A stretch of DNA of 59,669 nt, counting the filler, from Platydemus manokwari (Eukaryota): NCBI GenBank assembly GCA_037951405.1. It is 6 parts of 6 records of this genome, joined end to end, with 100 filler letters (N's around TTAATTAATTAA, not from the genome) between each part and the next. Parts side by side here need not be neighbours in the genome. Positions count along the whole stretch, not along the records: positions 30,895 to 39,926 come from JBBMOY011310871.1; positions 40,027 to 50,239 come from JBBMOY011157771.1; positions 50,340 to 59,669 come from JBBMOY011263540.1; 3 more parts are not named here. One strand, 5' to 3'. Shown here one piece after another: positions 39,061 through 52,722 of the stretch. The translations under genes and the position numbers were made by a program. Below the pieces are notes generated by a model that was given only the letters and a program-made list of their open reading frames with translations, was not told the origin of the DNA and searched no databases. How positions within the stretch are numbered: position 1 is the first letter of the stretch; every line of letters starts with the position of its first letter.

Positions 39061-39361
39061 TTCCAGTTGATGAGTAGAGATGAAATCGTGCAAAAGAAAA
39101 CGATTCTGTAGTTTAAAGCACATATTCAGACATTGTAAACATTTGCAAGCCAAAAATTTTCAATTTATTAGTCAGCAATGAATAATTTAGGCAATTATCC
39201 ACGTTACCGTGGAAATCAGCCCAAAACCTATGGAAATTGAAATTAGTAACCAATAAATCACGGCAATGCTGGAAATCTCCAAGGAGACATGACTACGAGT
39301 CATTTTGCTTAGTCACTCACTAGCGAGAAATAGTATTTAAACTGACTGTGGTCAGTCATCA

Positions 39362-39435
39362 TAGCACAAAATTTTCCACACAAAAATCACAGGCACGAAA
39401 ATTTGCATGAAGAAAATTCAGACACAAAAATTTCT
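39362..39435. repeat. Degenerate ~15-bp tandem repeat (CACAAAAATT core)
   Basis: cacaaaatttt / cacaaaaatca / cacgaaaattt / cacaaaaattt recur with about 15-bp spacing. Confidence 0.55.
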
Positions 39436-39926
39436 CAACTGTTAATCAGCAAAGCATATTACTACTCGTTGGATATTCTGCCGAATCGATGGAATTTATT
39501 GATCATTTATTTATTCAATCGTTTATAATTTGAAGCACATTCAAAGTGGTAAAATTTTTATTACTCATTTGTATTATTGCCTATTCATCGATCTCCAATA
39601 GGAGATTAGTTGAGAAATAATAAATTCTACAAAGTCGATGGAATTTGTAGAGTTAAAACCACTTAAAATCACATCCTTTAGTTTCATTCGGAGAAGGGCG
39701 CACCCAGACCCTTCGCCAATTTTTACATTCTTCAGGGCATAATATTCACTTTGTTAAATTCATTAGTAAACTCAAATTGTATATTTCAGTATCAATAAAA
39801 TATTTTACCTTAGTTATTATTTTATTACCTATTTTTCAAATCTCATCTAATTTTCTGTTAGGAGTTAGATTTTTTGTGGAACTACCAATTATCTACTGTC
39901 AATGGACCTAAATTAAATAAAGATTT

Positions 39927-40026
39927 NNNNNNNNNNNNNNNNNNNNNNNNNNNNNNNNNNNNNNNNNNNNTTAATTAATTAANNNNNNNNNNNNNNNNNN
40001 NNNNNNNNNNNNNNNNNNNNNNNNNN
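39927..40026. other. Artificial contig spacer
   Basis: 44N-TTAATTAATTAA-44N. Confidence 0.98.
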
Positions 40027-40690
40027 TTTTTCTGGATTTAATTTTACATTTCCTGAACTAATAATTCTTAATCAAAAAATTTATAAATTGAGTTCAAATC
40101 ATTATTCAATTGAAATCATAATAATTGTAATTGTTTTATTTAATAATTTAAAACACTTTTTAGATTTGGATTGGTTAGTAATCACAGACTCTGTGAATTA
40201 GCAGATTGTTTTAAGGATATAAATTTGCTTGCATTGAGTAGGAGTATATTTTAAATATTCTATCAGTCATTGTTGTTTTACATTTAAATTCTATACAATA
40301 TGCGGTTATTAATATTTGTACCCGACCCGTCATTGTATAAAGTGAATTTGTTTTACGATCTTTTTTGTATAGTAAATGAATAAAACAATTAATTTCTCTT
40401 ATATTTCACCAAATTAAAATTACATTTAAATTTATGCTATTAGAATAAATTTATTTGATGTAGATTAGATAAATGTCATCCGATGTTCATTTAAATTGAT
40501 GATTAAATTTTTGACGAATCAATATTTAAGATGTCGCATCTACTATAAAATATTGTTCACCATTTTCTTTTTTGCTTATTGTTGTATGAAATTTTATTTA
40601 CAGGTGACGTATCAACGGTTTTGGCTAAAATTTCGCCAAACATATCATTTTTAAGGTATATCTTTATTATGCATTTTTATACATTTTATA

Positions 40691-40905
40691 CATGGTGGTC
40701 CAAAAGTAGGTTTACAGTTATCACGTAGAAAATGCGACACTAGAGCAGCGGGAAATTAGTCATACCTGTTAACATAAATAATTTAATCCCCCAGATCCTC
40801 AACATATCCTCCGTCTACATTTATTTATATTTATTTATATGTACTTAGCAAGCAACTTCAACCCTATAAAAGGTAGTTTAATAACTGTAAGCCTACTTTT
40901 GGGCC
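40691..40905. mobile_element. Tc1/mariner-type MITE
   Basis: TA|CATGGTGGTCCAAAAGTAGGTTTACAGTTA on the left and inverted TAACTGTAAGCCTACTTTTGGGCC|TA on the right; about 215 bp, non-coding. Confidence 0.75.
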
Positions 40906-41019
40906 TATATATATGTGTGTGCGCCTGTGTGTCTGTGTGTTTGCGCCATAATTTATTTTATTTATTTATGAAAAAAATTCTTTGAAAACAATAAAAGCCA
41001 TATTATTAATAAAATCATT

Positions 41020-44000
41020 GGCTTAAGTTAAGAAAAAGGGTCTTTTGACCTACTGTCGTAATAATGAATTTTTGTGTTAATTATTGACTTAATTTTATAT
41101 ATAACTGCTATGTTTGATTTATTCGTATAATTCAGTTAATATCTCACTTTTTAAGATGTCTAATAGTGACAAAACATAGTTTTAAAATGAAGATCCTATT
41201 CTAATCACAACACCTCCATATGATTATTTGAGTTTTTAAATTTAAATTTTTTTTAATTATAAATCGAGTTACCTAATTACAGATATGTTTAACAATGCCA
41301 TTGCTTATTGAGAATATCTCTCAATTTGCTTCTAATGTGAAAAAAGGAGTCCTCACTAATTTTCAATAAATTGAAATTCTTCCAACTTTTTTCATTTGTT
41401 CAAATAATCAAATTTTAGGAGATTTTTAAGTTCTAGTTTATTTTTTTTTATTTTAAACAACTAAAATTCTTCTTAAGAACTTAAATAAAAAATTCAAAAT
41501 GTTTTTAAAGTATATAAATAAATAAACTATATAGATTTTTGCAATACACTCAACAAATTTAAAATTTCATTTTAGGACCATTTTTTTAAATTTGCCGGAT
41601 ACTTCATATCACACTAGTAGTTAACAACAATGATGATTATCATTACTGTGGACATAATAAAGTTTTAGTTGTGAATCCATAGTAAATGACTATTGAATTT
41701 TCGATTAGTGTGACATAAAACAATATTAATCGATATTAATCGAGATCGATTTTAGAAATCATTATTGATATTGACAAAACTTTCCTTAAATACAATTCTG
41801 AGAAACAATGATTTAAATAATAATAAACTTATTTGTTGAAAGTGATCAGAAATACTCTTAATTTACTTTTTATATTGTTAACTATGTCAGTTTAATTTTT
41901 TGACTCACGATTTTTTCATTTACTTTTTAATGTATATGTCAAAATCTTGATATTGATTTTGAAATTTTATTTTAGAAATCAGAATATATATATATATATA
42001 TATATAGAAAATCCGATCGCATAAAATACACTCTATTTTATTGTGCGCCAAGTTATCTTTTAGAGCACCAAGAAGAACTTGCCTAAGAAGCTACTGATGA
42101 TTAGCATGCAGTCTTAGGAATTCATTGTAATAACTTACATATTCAAATTCACGTAATTAAGAAGACAGTAAGAAGCAAAGAAATAAAATGGATTCATTTA
42201 AATGTGATTGAAGTCGACACGATGTACTCTTGCTCATTAAAAATTCTATCACTGTGTCAAGCAAGATGGCAAACAGAAGAAATCTTTGCTCTGGAGAGTC
42301 AAATCACTGAGGTTACATCAGTAGTTCACTCATATATCATTTTGTAATATATTTTGATATCATTGATTCATGAAATCGTGATGTTCAGCAATGCATCCAA
42401 CTTCTTTTTAAAAAAGAAACTAAAAACAATAGTAACTAATAATGAGATAGTACACGTTTATGTAATTTAATAAGAAATCCATTCTTCAGAGATTTTTAAG
42501 TTATTTTTCATAGTATTTTAACCATCTTTTTTAATAAGCTGTCTTTGCTATTCTAAGATAAAATAATCTTCCAATGACTGTATAAGGAATAAATCTGCTT
42601 TTTTAAACTAATAAAACAAAGTTGTCAAATAAACCGAAAAATTACTTCCAGCATATTCAGAGTTATCATGAGTTGAAATTCAATGTACATGTCTCTTAAT
42701 CATTTTATGCCTTCTCAATCCCGATCCTGTTTCAAGTATGTATAATGAGCATGTGCATAAACTACACCTTCAAATCTGCAGATGCTCTGTTCGGGAACCA
42801 GCACTGCCATCAGATTTGTGTAAAACACAACGTTTTTAATGCGTCAGATCTTTAAGTTATATTTGGAATTCATTGATATAGATCAGAAATACCACTCTTT
42901 GCCCTATAGGTACTACAAAAAAGCAGTTATAGCAATCTTTCCTGCTGTTGATGCTAGTATTTCATTAAATTCTTATTGAAAACGATTTTTAGAAGTCAAC
43001 ACAAAATCTATGTTTCACTACAACATTTAAACAAATTACTGTTTATTTTAATATATCTATATTTTATCTTATTATTTAAGGATAAAATATCAAAAATTAA
43101 AATCCTCACATTTAGCACTGCTCTTCAAATGTATGACATTTTAGAAGGCATTGCCGACAAATCATATTATTCTACCCACTTTAAGTATTAAAGAAGACAA
43201 TAACCAATTTTCACAGCCCATTGAGTTATTAGAACTACATTAGTGAAATCAACATATACAATAAACTCTCAAAGTCGAACATAATTGACATAACAAATCC
43301 AATCAAAAGAATCAAGATTATTAAAAATAACAGAGTAAATACAAAATGAGAATGAATTTCAAATTTACGATTCATTTTTATTCTATTTTTGTTTCTCAAC
43401 CTGACTGCAGGTACAACTTTATAATGATCGATATATTCTGTTGTTCTGATGATGTCATGTGATCATGCTACCACTCTATCATATTTTGCTCGATATTCAT
43501 CGAATATTTAATATTGTAAGCTAATTATAATAACAATAATTATTATTATCTTATCCACAAACAAAGTTTTGGTTTTTTACCCACGTTGTCCACACACCTT
43601 TACTTAGCAGTTGTAATTTAACTTTAATAGCATAAGGAGATTCAAATTAAAAAGAAGTAAACATTTTGATGGAAATACCGGGCAGTATCGTAAAGACCAA
43701 TCTTATATATTATTGAAATTTAGTATGCAGTCATCTTAATCATTCATTTTTTGTTTTTTGATAAAGATTATTTCCATTATATATCATTGAAAATATTGCA
43801 AATTATTGTTTTCATTTTATAATTAGATAATTGAGTAAGTCTTATCTACAATTTTCTCCGTAAATCATTTTAATTTTTAATTCAGATATTCTAATTTATT
43901 GAATTATCGTGCAGGTTGACATATTGAAAAACTACTCAGACAACACAATGAAAAGCTCTGCATCGCTAGATATTTTCGAAAAAGGAAATTAATCAAAAAT

Positions 44001-47000
44001 AAATCTACTTAAATAAAATTAATCTAATATTAATTATAATAAACTTAATTTAAATAAATAAATTTAAAAATATTTTAATAAAATTAAAATGAATTAGATT
44101 GTAAAAATGAGAAATTATTAAATCACTCGTATTTTATTAAAATTCATGAATATATATTTATCAAATTTTATAATATATATTGTATAAATGAAAAACACAT
44201 TTACCTTTATATATATGTGACAATTCCACGTTACCAATATGAAAATGTTGGTAGGAAATAATTTATTTATAAATCCACAATTTAATAAAAGAAAAAATCA
44301 ATAAATTTGTATGTCACCATATGCAGGTGAGTAGGAAAAGGAGTGTTTCAACATTAAAAAGAGAAAATAAGAAATTAGTCTGAAAAAATCAATTGTCTGG
44401 TTGTGGAGGCAATGAAAATTTTTATAATTCAATAGGATGAAATAATTCTTAATGTATGTTAATGTTTTATCTTTATTTTCGATACTCATTGATTGTAGAA
44501 TGCGAATGATGTCGTAGTTTATGTTTTTTTGCTAATAAATATTAATAATAATTTAAATATTTCTATCTAATTTTAAAATTTTTTCTAATTATGTTGATTT
44601 TTAACGTTTTTAATATCTTTAAAAAGTTTAAAATGCGGATAAAATGATATTATTTAAATAAAAGCTAAATATTTTCTAAACCTTATTTTTTAAATTCATG
44701 TATAGTACGATATAAATATTGATACTGATATACAAATTATATTAAATAATGTGAAAGTTTTAGTATAACAAAAGACTTCGAGTTAAACCATAAACATATA
44801 CGAATCTCAGCAATAATTTTATAACATTTTGATATACTGATATTAAAAAATGTAGAATATTCTTTTTATGCGATTTTCCAAAAGTGTGAGTAGAAAAAAT
44901 TGATGACAGAAAATATCATCAACTTATGAGATATACTTTGTTAAAAATTGGAATCAGGATTTATCTCTACTTATTTATTTAGCAAATCTATGAGTTTAAA
45001 AGCTATTAAATTCTAACATGATTTAATAAATTTATTTGTTTTTAACAAAGTTTCACTGCAGTAGTCAGTAGAAAAGTTCCGACTTCCACTCCATTTACGG
45101 CATAACAGATATATGTTAATTTATGTTGTAGAATTTAAGTTTTTATTTATGAAATAATTATTGTACTCTAAGAACAAACTGCTTAAATTGATATGTCAGT
45201 CTTTCTAGTACTGAAAGAAAAAAACAAGTTACATTAACAGATTCATCATAAATTATTAAAGGAAATCCAATAAGAAATATGTGGAGGCAGCATTCGAAAC
45301 GTGATGGGAGTGTATAATAATTTTCATCAATATCTTAATAATTACCATTTTTTACCGTTTCAACTTTAAGTTGGTACTTATCAACCATACTGTTGGGTAT
45401 GACACAAAACAGTTAAAATATTGATACAAACAGATTCAATAATCGCTCGTGTCAATAGCCAATCAAATGTCCTCTAATATAAATCAGTAATTAGAAGTTA
45501 ATAATCAGCTGGCACATATCAACAAATGGCAACAAACACCGATACTCATGAGTGGAACGATAGATGTATGAAAAATTACTAACATATTCATGTATGAACA
45601 AATTCAGCAAATTAAAAACGAATCTCCGGGATATCATACTGACACACATAATAAGCTTATAAAAGAGGTTGGATTCTATGAGTAGCTTCCAATCTTTTTT
45701 GATCGGTAACCTTCATTCTGTGCTTCGACTTTGGTGAGATTTTTCTGACAGCCAGTCTTCTTTTAAACAAAATTTGGAACATACCCCTGAATCTAGCATT
45801 GAAATTTTAATTTTTCATGAAAATACTTATGATACAAATTAAATTTTGATTTAGAGCCAGTTGCAACCAATCAAGTTGTAAAGAAGTTCAAATCGATTGG
45901 ATAAATACTCTACAAATTCGAGCGATGTGGATTATTTACATATCTAAAGTCTGGACTTCAAAGACAAACTTTCCCCAGAATTTCTTAATAAAATTAAGAG
46001 TCAACATATGCACTGTGGATGGAAGCAATCTAGAAATTCTCTGATCCAGAAATCGCATCCAAATTATTACAAATTGATCTCAAATTAGTGGCTGCGGTAT
46101 TTCCAACTCAAGATATTAAATATTAATGAAAATTCTAGGTAGTTGTGTTGCAATGAAAAGTTATTGACAGTATCCATGTGTGCAAAACAATTCTAAAACT
46201 GGCTAAAGTTAAAAAAAAGGTTCTGAAACTCTGAATTCGAAGAGTGTATTGCAAAAATCTAACAGTTTATTTAATAAAATTCTTTAAAAAAATTTTAGTT
46301 ATTTTTAATCAAATATTAAATGCACAAGATGTTTAAAAATTACTAAAAATTAATTTTTTACAAAAGAGTCAAAGTAGGTCAAAATGCAACAATTGAAAAT
46401 TAGCGGGTATCACTTTTTTAACATTAAAAGCAAATGAAACGATATCTACGATTTTTAGAGTTGTTTTTAAAAAAGTGATTTGGAAATCATTGAGGAGTAC
46501 CAGAAACTAGGTACCATTTAATGGATTGGACACATAGATCCAAAACATGTCCATATAGTAATGAAATGAAGTTTTTATACAAATCAAATAAATAGCCTAG
46601 ATGGACATGCCATAAATGTATATTCGGAATTTGAATAGAGACTTGGTTCAACAATTCAGTCTTGTTCCTTTTCGACATTCTGAATAAGGTATTTGTGGTG
46701 CACGGAGCTCGCACAAAAAGTGTATTAATAAAATGACTTCCGTAAATAAACCAACAATCAGCAAATGGTGACAATTTTTATCAGAATAAAACTAAGAATT
46801 TAAAACTATTTATTAAGATACAAAATTTGTAGATTCCACACCTGTGAATAAAATGCGCCGTAGAAATTGATGTGATCTATTTTGGAGGGCCAGAATATAA
46901 TAGACATGATATTTGAGTTGTTGAAATATTAGAGAGACTTAGTAAGAAGGAACTGCTTCTTATTTCCAACCCGCAAATGAAGTGCAGTGATCATAGAAGC

Positions 47001-47240
47001 AATAAATACAAGTTAAATAGAAATTTTAAATTTAAAACTTATTTAATTGTAGGTTTGTGAAATTATAATCCATGAAATACACGAATTGTTAGTGTTGATT
47101 TCTCATTTTGATTCTAAAATTGAATTTTATGTAAAAATTTCATCAACATATGATTATAAATAAATTTTAATATTAAATAACTCATGAAATATCATTACAT
47201 TAAAATTGGGTTAAGGGACCCTTTTTCTTAACTTAAGCCC
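41020..47240. mobile_element. Putative decayed DNA transposon with long imperfect TIRs (or two inverted copies of one repeat)
   Basis: Perfect 23-bp inverted pair GGCTTAAGTTAAGAAAAAGGGTC (41020) / GACCCTTTTTCTTAACTTAAGCC (ending 47239); further inverted homology 41490-41590 versus 46210-46305. Confidence 0.55.
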
Positions 47241-47440
47241 TAAATCTTATAGCCAATCAAAATCAAAAAAAGATACTCTTCAATTTTCACAGAAAATCAG
47301 ACAAACAAATACGGCAACTTAATTCTGTCATTGATCATTATTTTCTGATCAGTACTCATAACAAATATATTATCACAGAGAACTATTACTGGTGCTTTTT
47401 TCCCTTTTTGCAAATCCTGTTTATCCAAGCAGTTATATAA

Positions 47441-50220
47441 TTAGTGCGTAATTGTTGTGTAATATTTAAACTCAAAACAAATAAAATTTTTAGGAATCTC
47501 TTGATATGGAATCATTTTGACGGAGCTTTCATCATAAAATTTCCTAAATGTATAATTTACTACTAAGATATTTGGCAAAATTCTTCAAATGCCAATAATT
47601 TACACCTAATTGATTATGGAGTTCTTCGAACGAAGAAATTTCGTATCCTTTCTTTCTTAAAATTATCTTTACTGATCCTTCAAAAATCTGTTTTGACAAG
47701 TTAGTTCTTATATTATACATTGCTTAATTTTTTGACGTACTATCTTATTGTTAGTTAATTATTAAGTTGTATTACACAATACTGTTACTTATATTTATTT
47801 ATGATATCGTTATTTATTATTGTAATATTAGTTTAATTGAATGATTAACAAAATATCGTTGAAAATAATTACATTTGTTGGTCATAGTTTTACAAGGAAC
47901 TTTTTTACGTGGTTGAATTTATATCATTTTGTGGATAAAATTCAATCGCTACATACTTAAAACTGCATTCATTACAAGATTAACCTAGATATTATTGTTA
48001 ATTAATAATTGATAAATGCCTTACTTTCAGGATCATCAGAGATCTTAATGTGAACTCATTATTGCTTAGTATTTAATGGATTGGTTTTATAATTAAGTTC
48101 GTATGACTACCGTCGGCATTAAAGATATATATTAAACTTAGAGTATTCGGATAAAGATATCCATAAAGCTACTTATGTCCAAACATGGTTAAAATAATTT
48201 GATTTTAAATCAGTGCATTACTTTTTAGCTTTGTAGTATTTTGTTGATACACCTGACTCCAAAATTTGTATGTAAATTATTAACAATATAGATTTAATTT
48301 ATAGAATAACAATTTAATGAATAGCCTGATATATAAATAATATATAAATGGTATGACAATAATTATTAACGACATTCAAAATAAAATACAGTAAAATCAC
48401 AATATAAAGTAATTTTATAACAATGAATTAAATGGAATAAGCAAGTTTTTTTGCAAATAACCAGGTATTTAGAACTTTAACTCTTTACTTATTCGACTAT
48501 TGTGAGGTTATAATGTGATAGAACTAGTGATTTTTAATGTCTATCATGGCCATGCCCGTAAGAGCCCTCAAATGATTTTGTTGATGGTTATGCCTAATAG
48601 CGCCCAAACCACAACTAAGGAATTGATTTGATTTTAAGATTTTAAATTTTTAATTTAGGTCCTAAGTGAATGAGATTCAGGCTAGAATTTTTATATTGTA
48701 ATAAAGATAAAATATGATTTTAAAATAATTAGAATTACTCGATCTATGAGTTTAAAATAATGTCCAATTCGCTTAGATAATGAAATGCAATAGTTCTTCG
48801 ATCGAAGGCATTCTTCAAAATAGTTAGTCAAAATTGATTCATTAAATTTGTCGCAAATTTTTCTAAGCTGATTTAAGTGACAAAATAGTTTGTCGGCTTC
48901 GCAGAAATGAATTAGATTGTTTGTATAAACTATATCATAATAATGGGCTTTTTATTTTGTTGTTATTCCTTTAATACTGGTCTCAAATTTCTTTTTTATT
49001 TTTATTTTATTATTATGATTTATTAATACTATTTTTATCCCTTTCTTTTGTTGGGATAGCCCACCCAGCAACTACATACGTCATATGGCCGTAAAATGAG
49101 AAATATAAATAGAACTTCGATAAATAACAGACCACCACTTTGGAAAAGCATTTCGAAACACCATTGTGGAAAAACAACATTTCGAAAATACGAGTTTAAA
49201 CCAAACTTTGAACCACAATTTTGAATAACAATATCGCTATTTCAAATCACGAGTTTAAACCATATCTTGAAAATCCACAACTTTAGAAGCCAACGATTTT
49301 TTAAGAAATACAGTTTGGATTATTTTATTGAACGAGAAGATAATTTGAAGTCATTGTTGATATTTGATCGTTGAGGATTATTTACCTGAATATTCATCTG
49401 AGCGGAGTAAGGATATTTTTCTTAATTAATTAGTTATATATCATTTCATCAATAACCGTTAAATTAATATCAAATTATGCGTATTGTCGAAATTAATTCT
49501 TCTTTAAAATCTGCCCTCTGCTCCGTCCGCTTTGGATTTTTCAACTAACCACTTTCGCGCGTGTTGAGTTTTGAAAACAATTTTGTGATGTTCATTTTGC
49601 AACTTGTGTTGCTTTTAATTTCATAAATAAATGTTTGCAATAACTATTGTCTTCTGAGTGATTTAGTTATGATTACGCGTATCCGGACATGGAACAGTAT
49701 CTACTATAGCATAGAACTATAACCGATTGACATATATTTTAAATTTAGAAGATTAACACTCAATTGGTTCATTAATAATTTAAAACATTAAATTAAAATC
49801 TAAAATCTATACCTCAGCTTTAGTAACCTCTAGATTAAATCGGACATAAATATTTTACCAATAGCGTGGTCTTCATACCCGTTTTGAAGTCCCTTATAAT
49901 AAATGATAAACTAAAGCGAAAACAACTCTTAATGGACAACCAAAACAGAAAACAAATAAATCAACGAATCAAAATAAACAACCAACATATTTAATATTTT
50001 TTCTGGTTTCTATATTTAGTAGTCTCTTTATTTAAGTTCCAAATTTACATATCATTTAATCTATTTTTAGATTTTTTAATTCCAGTTGTATTTTTAGTTA
50101 AAATTAATGTTCAGGGTGATTCATGCTTTTGTAATTTTGAAAAAAAATTACTGGTCGATTACTATTATTTATTATAGGGTTGTACTCACCAATAATGCCA
50201 CCGGTATAATTTAACTCTTT
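47441..50220 (-). CDS. Putative multi-exon gene, unknown product, 5'-partial
   Basis: GT-AG bounded open exons at 50190-50220, ~48739-48929 (YTNNLIHFCEADKLFCHLNQLRKICDKF...KRIGHYFKLIDR), ~47606-47687 (IFEGSVKIILRKKGYEISSFEELHNQL) and last exon ~47441-47543 (KFYDESSVKMIPYQEIPKNFICFEFKYYTTITH*). The last two join in frame; the middle exons are unresolved. Confidence 0.5.
49130..49300. repeat. Degenerate short tandem repeats
   Basis: CATTTCGAAA twice, ACGAGTTTAAACCA twice, and recurring CCACAA(C/T)TTT. Confidence 0.55.
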
Positions 50221-50239
50221 CTATTTATTTTACTTAGCA

Positions 50240-50339
50240 NNNNNNNNNNNNNNNNNNNNNNNNNNNNNNNNNNNNNNNNNNNNTTAATTAATTAANNNNN
50301 NNNNNNNNNNNNNNNNNNNNNNNNNNNNNNNNNNNNNNN
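50240..50339. other. Artificial contig spacer
   Basis: 44N-TTAATTAATTAA-44N. Confidence 0.98.
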
Positions 50340-50539
50340 AAATGATAATAATAGTTATTATTGTTATTATTAGAGTCAAATAGAACATGGTGATTTCTTA
50401 ATCTAATTCCTAAGAAAAGATCAAAATAATATTTGACATATCAATATTTAATATTATCAAATAGTTGAATAAATTCTAATTTTCATTTAATCAAACAAAA
50501 TACTGCTAAGCGATAACTATACTATGACAAATTGAATAC

Positions 50540-50743
50540 CTTTTCATCAGTACCGCTTTCTTGCGAATAAACATTTGAAATACTTCTTGTTATGCTTTCG
50601 CTTTCATCCAGCAGTGACGACAAAACAACTTCATCATTTGATACAATCGCACCATCACTGGAAGAACATTTTGACGTTGCAGAGTTGGGAGTATCGTCGC
50701 TGCTCATAACATCGTTTATCAAATGGATAGGCGATTTATCCAT
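50540..50743 (-). CDS. Probable first coding exon of an unknown Ser/acidic-rich protein, cut by the contig end
   Basis: ATG-initiated 68 codons (MDKSPIHLINDVMSSDDTPNS...ESGTDEK) ending at an AAG|GTATTC donor; GC above the flanks; CCAAT motif about 90 bp upstream. Confidence 0.6.
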
Positions 50744-52722
50744 TTATTTAGATAATATATTAATCTAATAATATATTCAAATCTGTCTTTATTGTATCTA
50801 TGATAACTGACTGTGTATAAACATCGGTTTGACCAATCACAATTTACATTTCAGCACTTCAACACGTTTAGTTGGTTACTATTATTAGGAGACAATAAAA
50901 TAATATTATATGGATATATTAAAAATTAAATTATATTTTAAAAATATACAAAAATAATTAAATTCGTTTCTAGTATTCAAACATTAAAATAACAATTTTA
51001 TAGTAAATATTTTTATATTTTGAAAATTATTTTGAGATTTGTTTAAATATTACTTGTCATTGTGATAATTCAATTATAGATTCCATTGGAGTATAATTAA
51101 TGATAACCAAAATCAAGTTGTTGTAGTTCTACAATAAAGCATTTGTGCTTAATTAATGCTTTATAGAGTTACGAAAGACCATCATTTTATTAGCAACAGA
51201 TGTGATTTTTGGTTATTTAAAGCCAATTAAATTATTATTATGCAGGAGATTTTGTTGTAAAGTATTGTGATTAATTCAGTACAACTGCAATGTTTGACCA
51301 GGAAGAATATAAATATAACATCATTATTAACAAATCAAACTATCGCATTAATAATGCACAGTTTAATGAAACATATAGGATCTATAAATAAATATAAATA
51401 GGAAAAATAAATATTAAATGATTATATAGTGATTTTTCTAAACAGGATGACATCATAGAAGTACAATAGTACATATACGGCACACATGAGATTGGATTAT
51501 TTAAGCAATAATTTTTAAACTCATATTTCGACTGAAATACCCAACATCAGCAAAGTTGCTATTTATCACAGAATGTTCCTTTAGTTAAAATTAATTGCAA
51601 TGTAAAATAGATGCTTAGGCGTAAAGAGTGTATTTTATCTTATAATTAAGCAAATAATATCCTCTTTCCCACTATTTTTTCTATATACAAATGTCAAATC
51701 CATTTAACTTGATGGATTATATAGAATTCGACATGTTGGTATTCTTTCTGATATAAAAACAAAATAATTTGCTCTTGCTTCAAATTTTAGTTTCATTTCT
51801 TATTTACCGTATAAAGCACAGCATGTGGTCATCGTAGTGAATGATGTGTAACCATAACTATAGTAATAACGCTCACATTTGGCTGTTCGGTAACTTATCA
51901 TAGTAGTTACGAGAGAAAACGGTTGAGAAACTATTTATACATAATTAACCATGGATCAGAAAAATCACTCTGACATTGGGGTTTACATATATAGAAAAAA
52001 TATATAGAGAAATAAGCTCGTTATGTTAAAAGAAGATTACTTAAAATTTCTAAAACAAAACAATAGTTCTAGCATTCCAGAACTTGGTATCAATGAACAA
52101 ACATTGACAAATAATCACAAATTTATTGGCAGAATACAACTATTTTATCTAAAGGATAGAAATTCTAGTTCCCCCAGATTCATTTATTTGCATATTGAAT
52201 TATATAAACACAACGACAGATGAATTTATTGAAATTATTTCATAACATTTAGAAGTCTGGCAATCAAGAATATTGACTAAATCAGCTTACAGTATACTAC
52301 TTGATATATTTTGTAAAAGTAATAAAGCAAGATTTGTTCAGTCGGGTTAGTTTTGACGACATAGCTTTGTTAGAAAACAAAGATAATCAAACAAATCCAA
52401 AGACCACGCACAGTAAAAACATACTGTCAACAATCAAATCAACTTTAAAAGAATCAGATAATCAATAAGAAAGCAATAAACATATGTTATATATAGCGTA
52501 CCTCCCTATTCAAAAAATATTCATTTAATATTTCAAAATTGCGTTCGTTGTATAGCAATAAATTAGACTAACTTTTAAAATTCAAATAATGTTTTATTTA
52601 AATAATTTTTACTTTAAAATTTAATAGCTTTAATAATTTATTAACTAAAAATATTTAAACGTAACGATAATAGTAAAAAAATTAATCTGTATTAATTGGT
52701 TGTTTAAATATTAACTACTATT

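Noticed and set aside
50190-50743. Joining exon 50540-50743 to the gene at 47441-50220
   Set aside because: They are separated by an artificial spacer, so adjacency is unproven.
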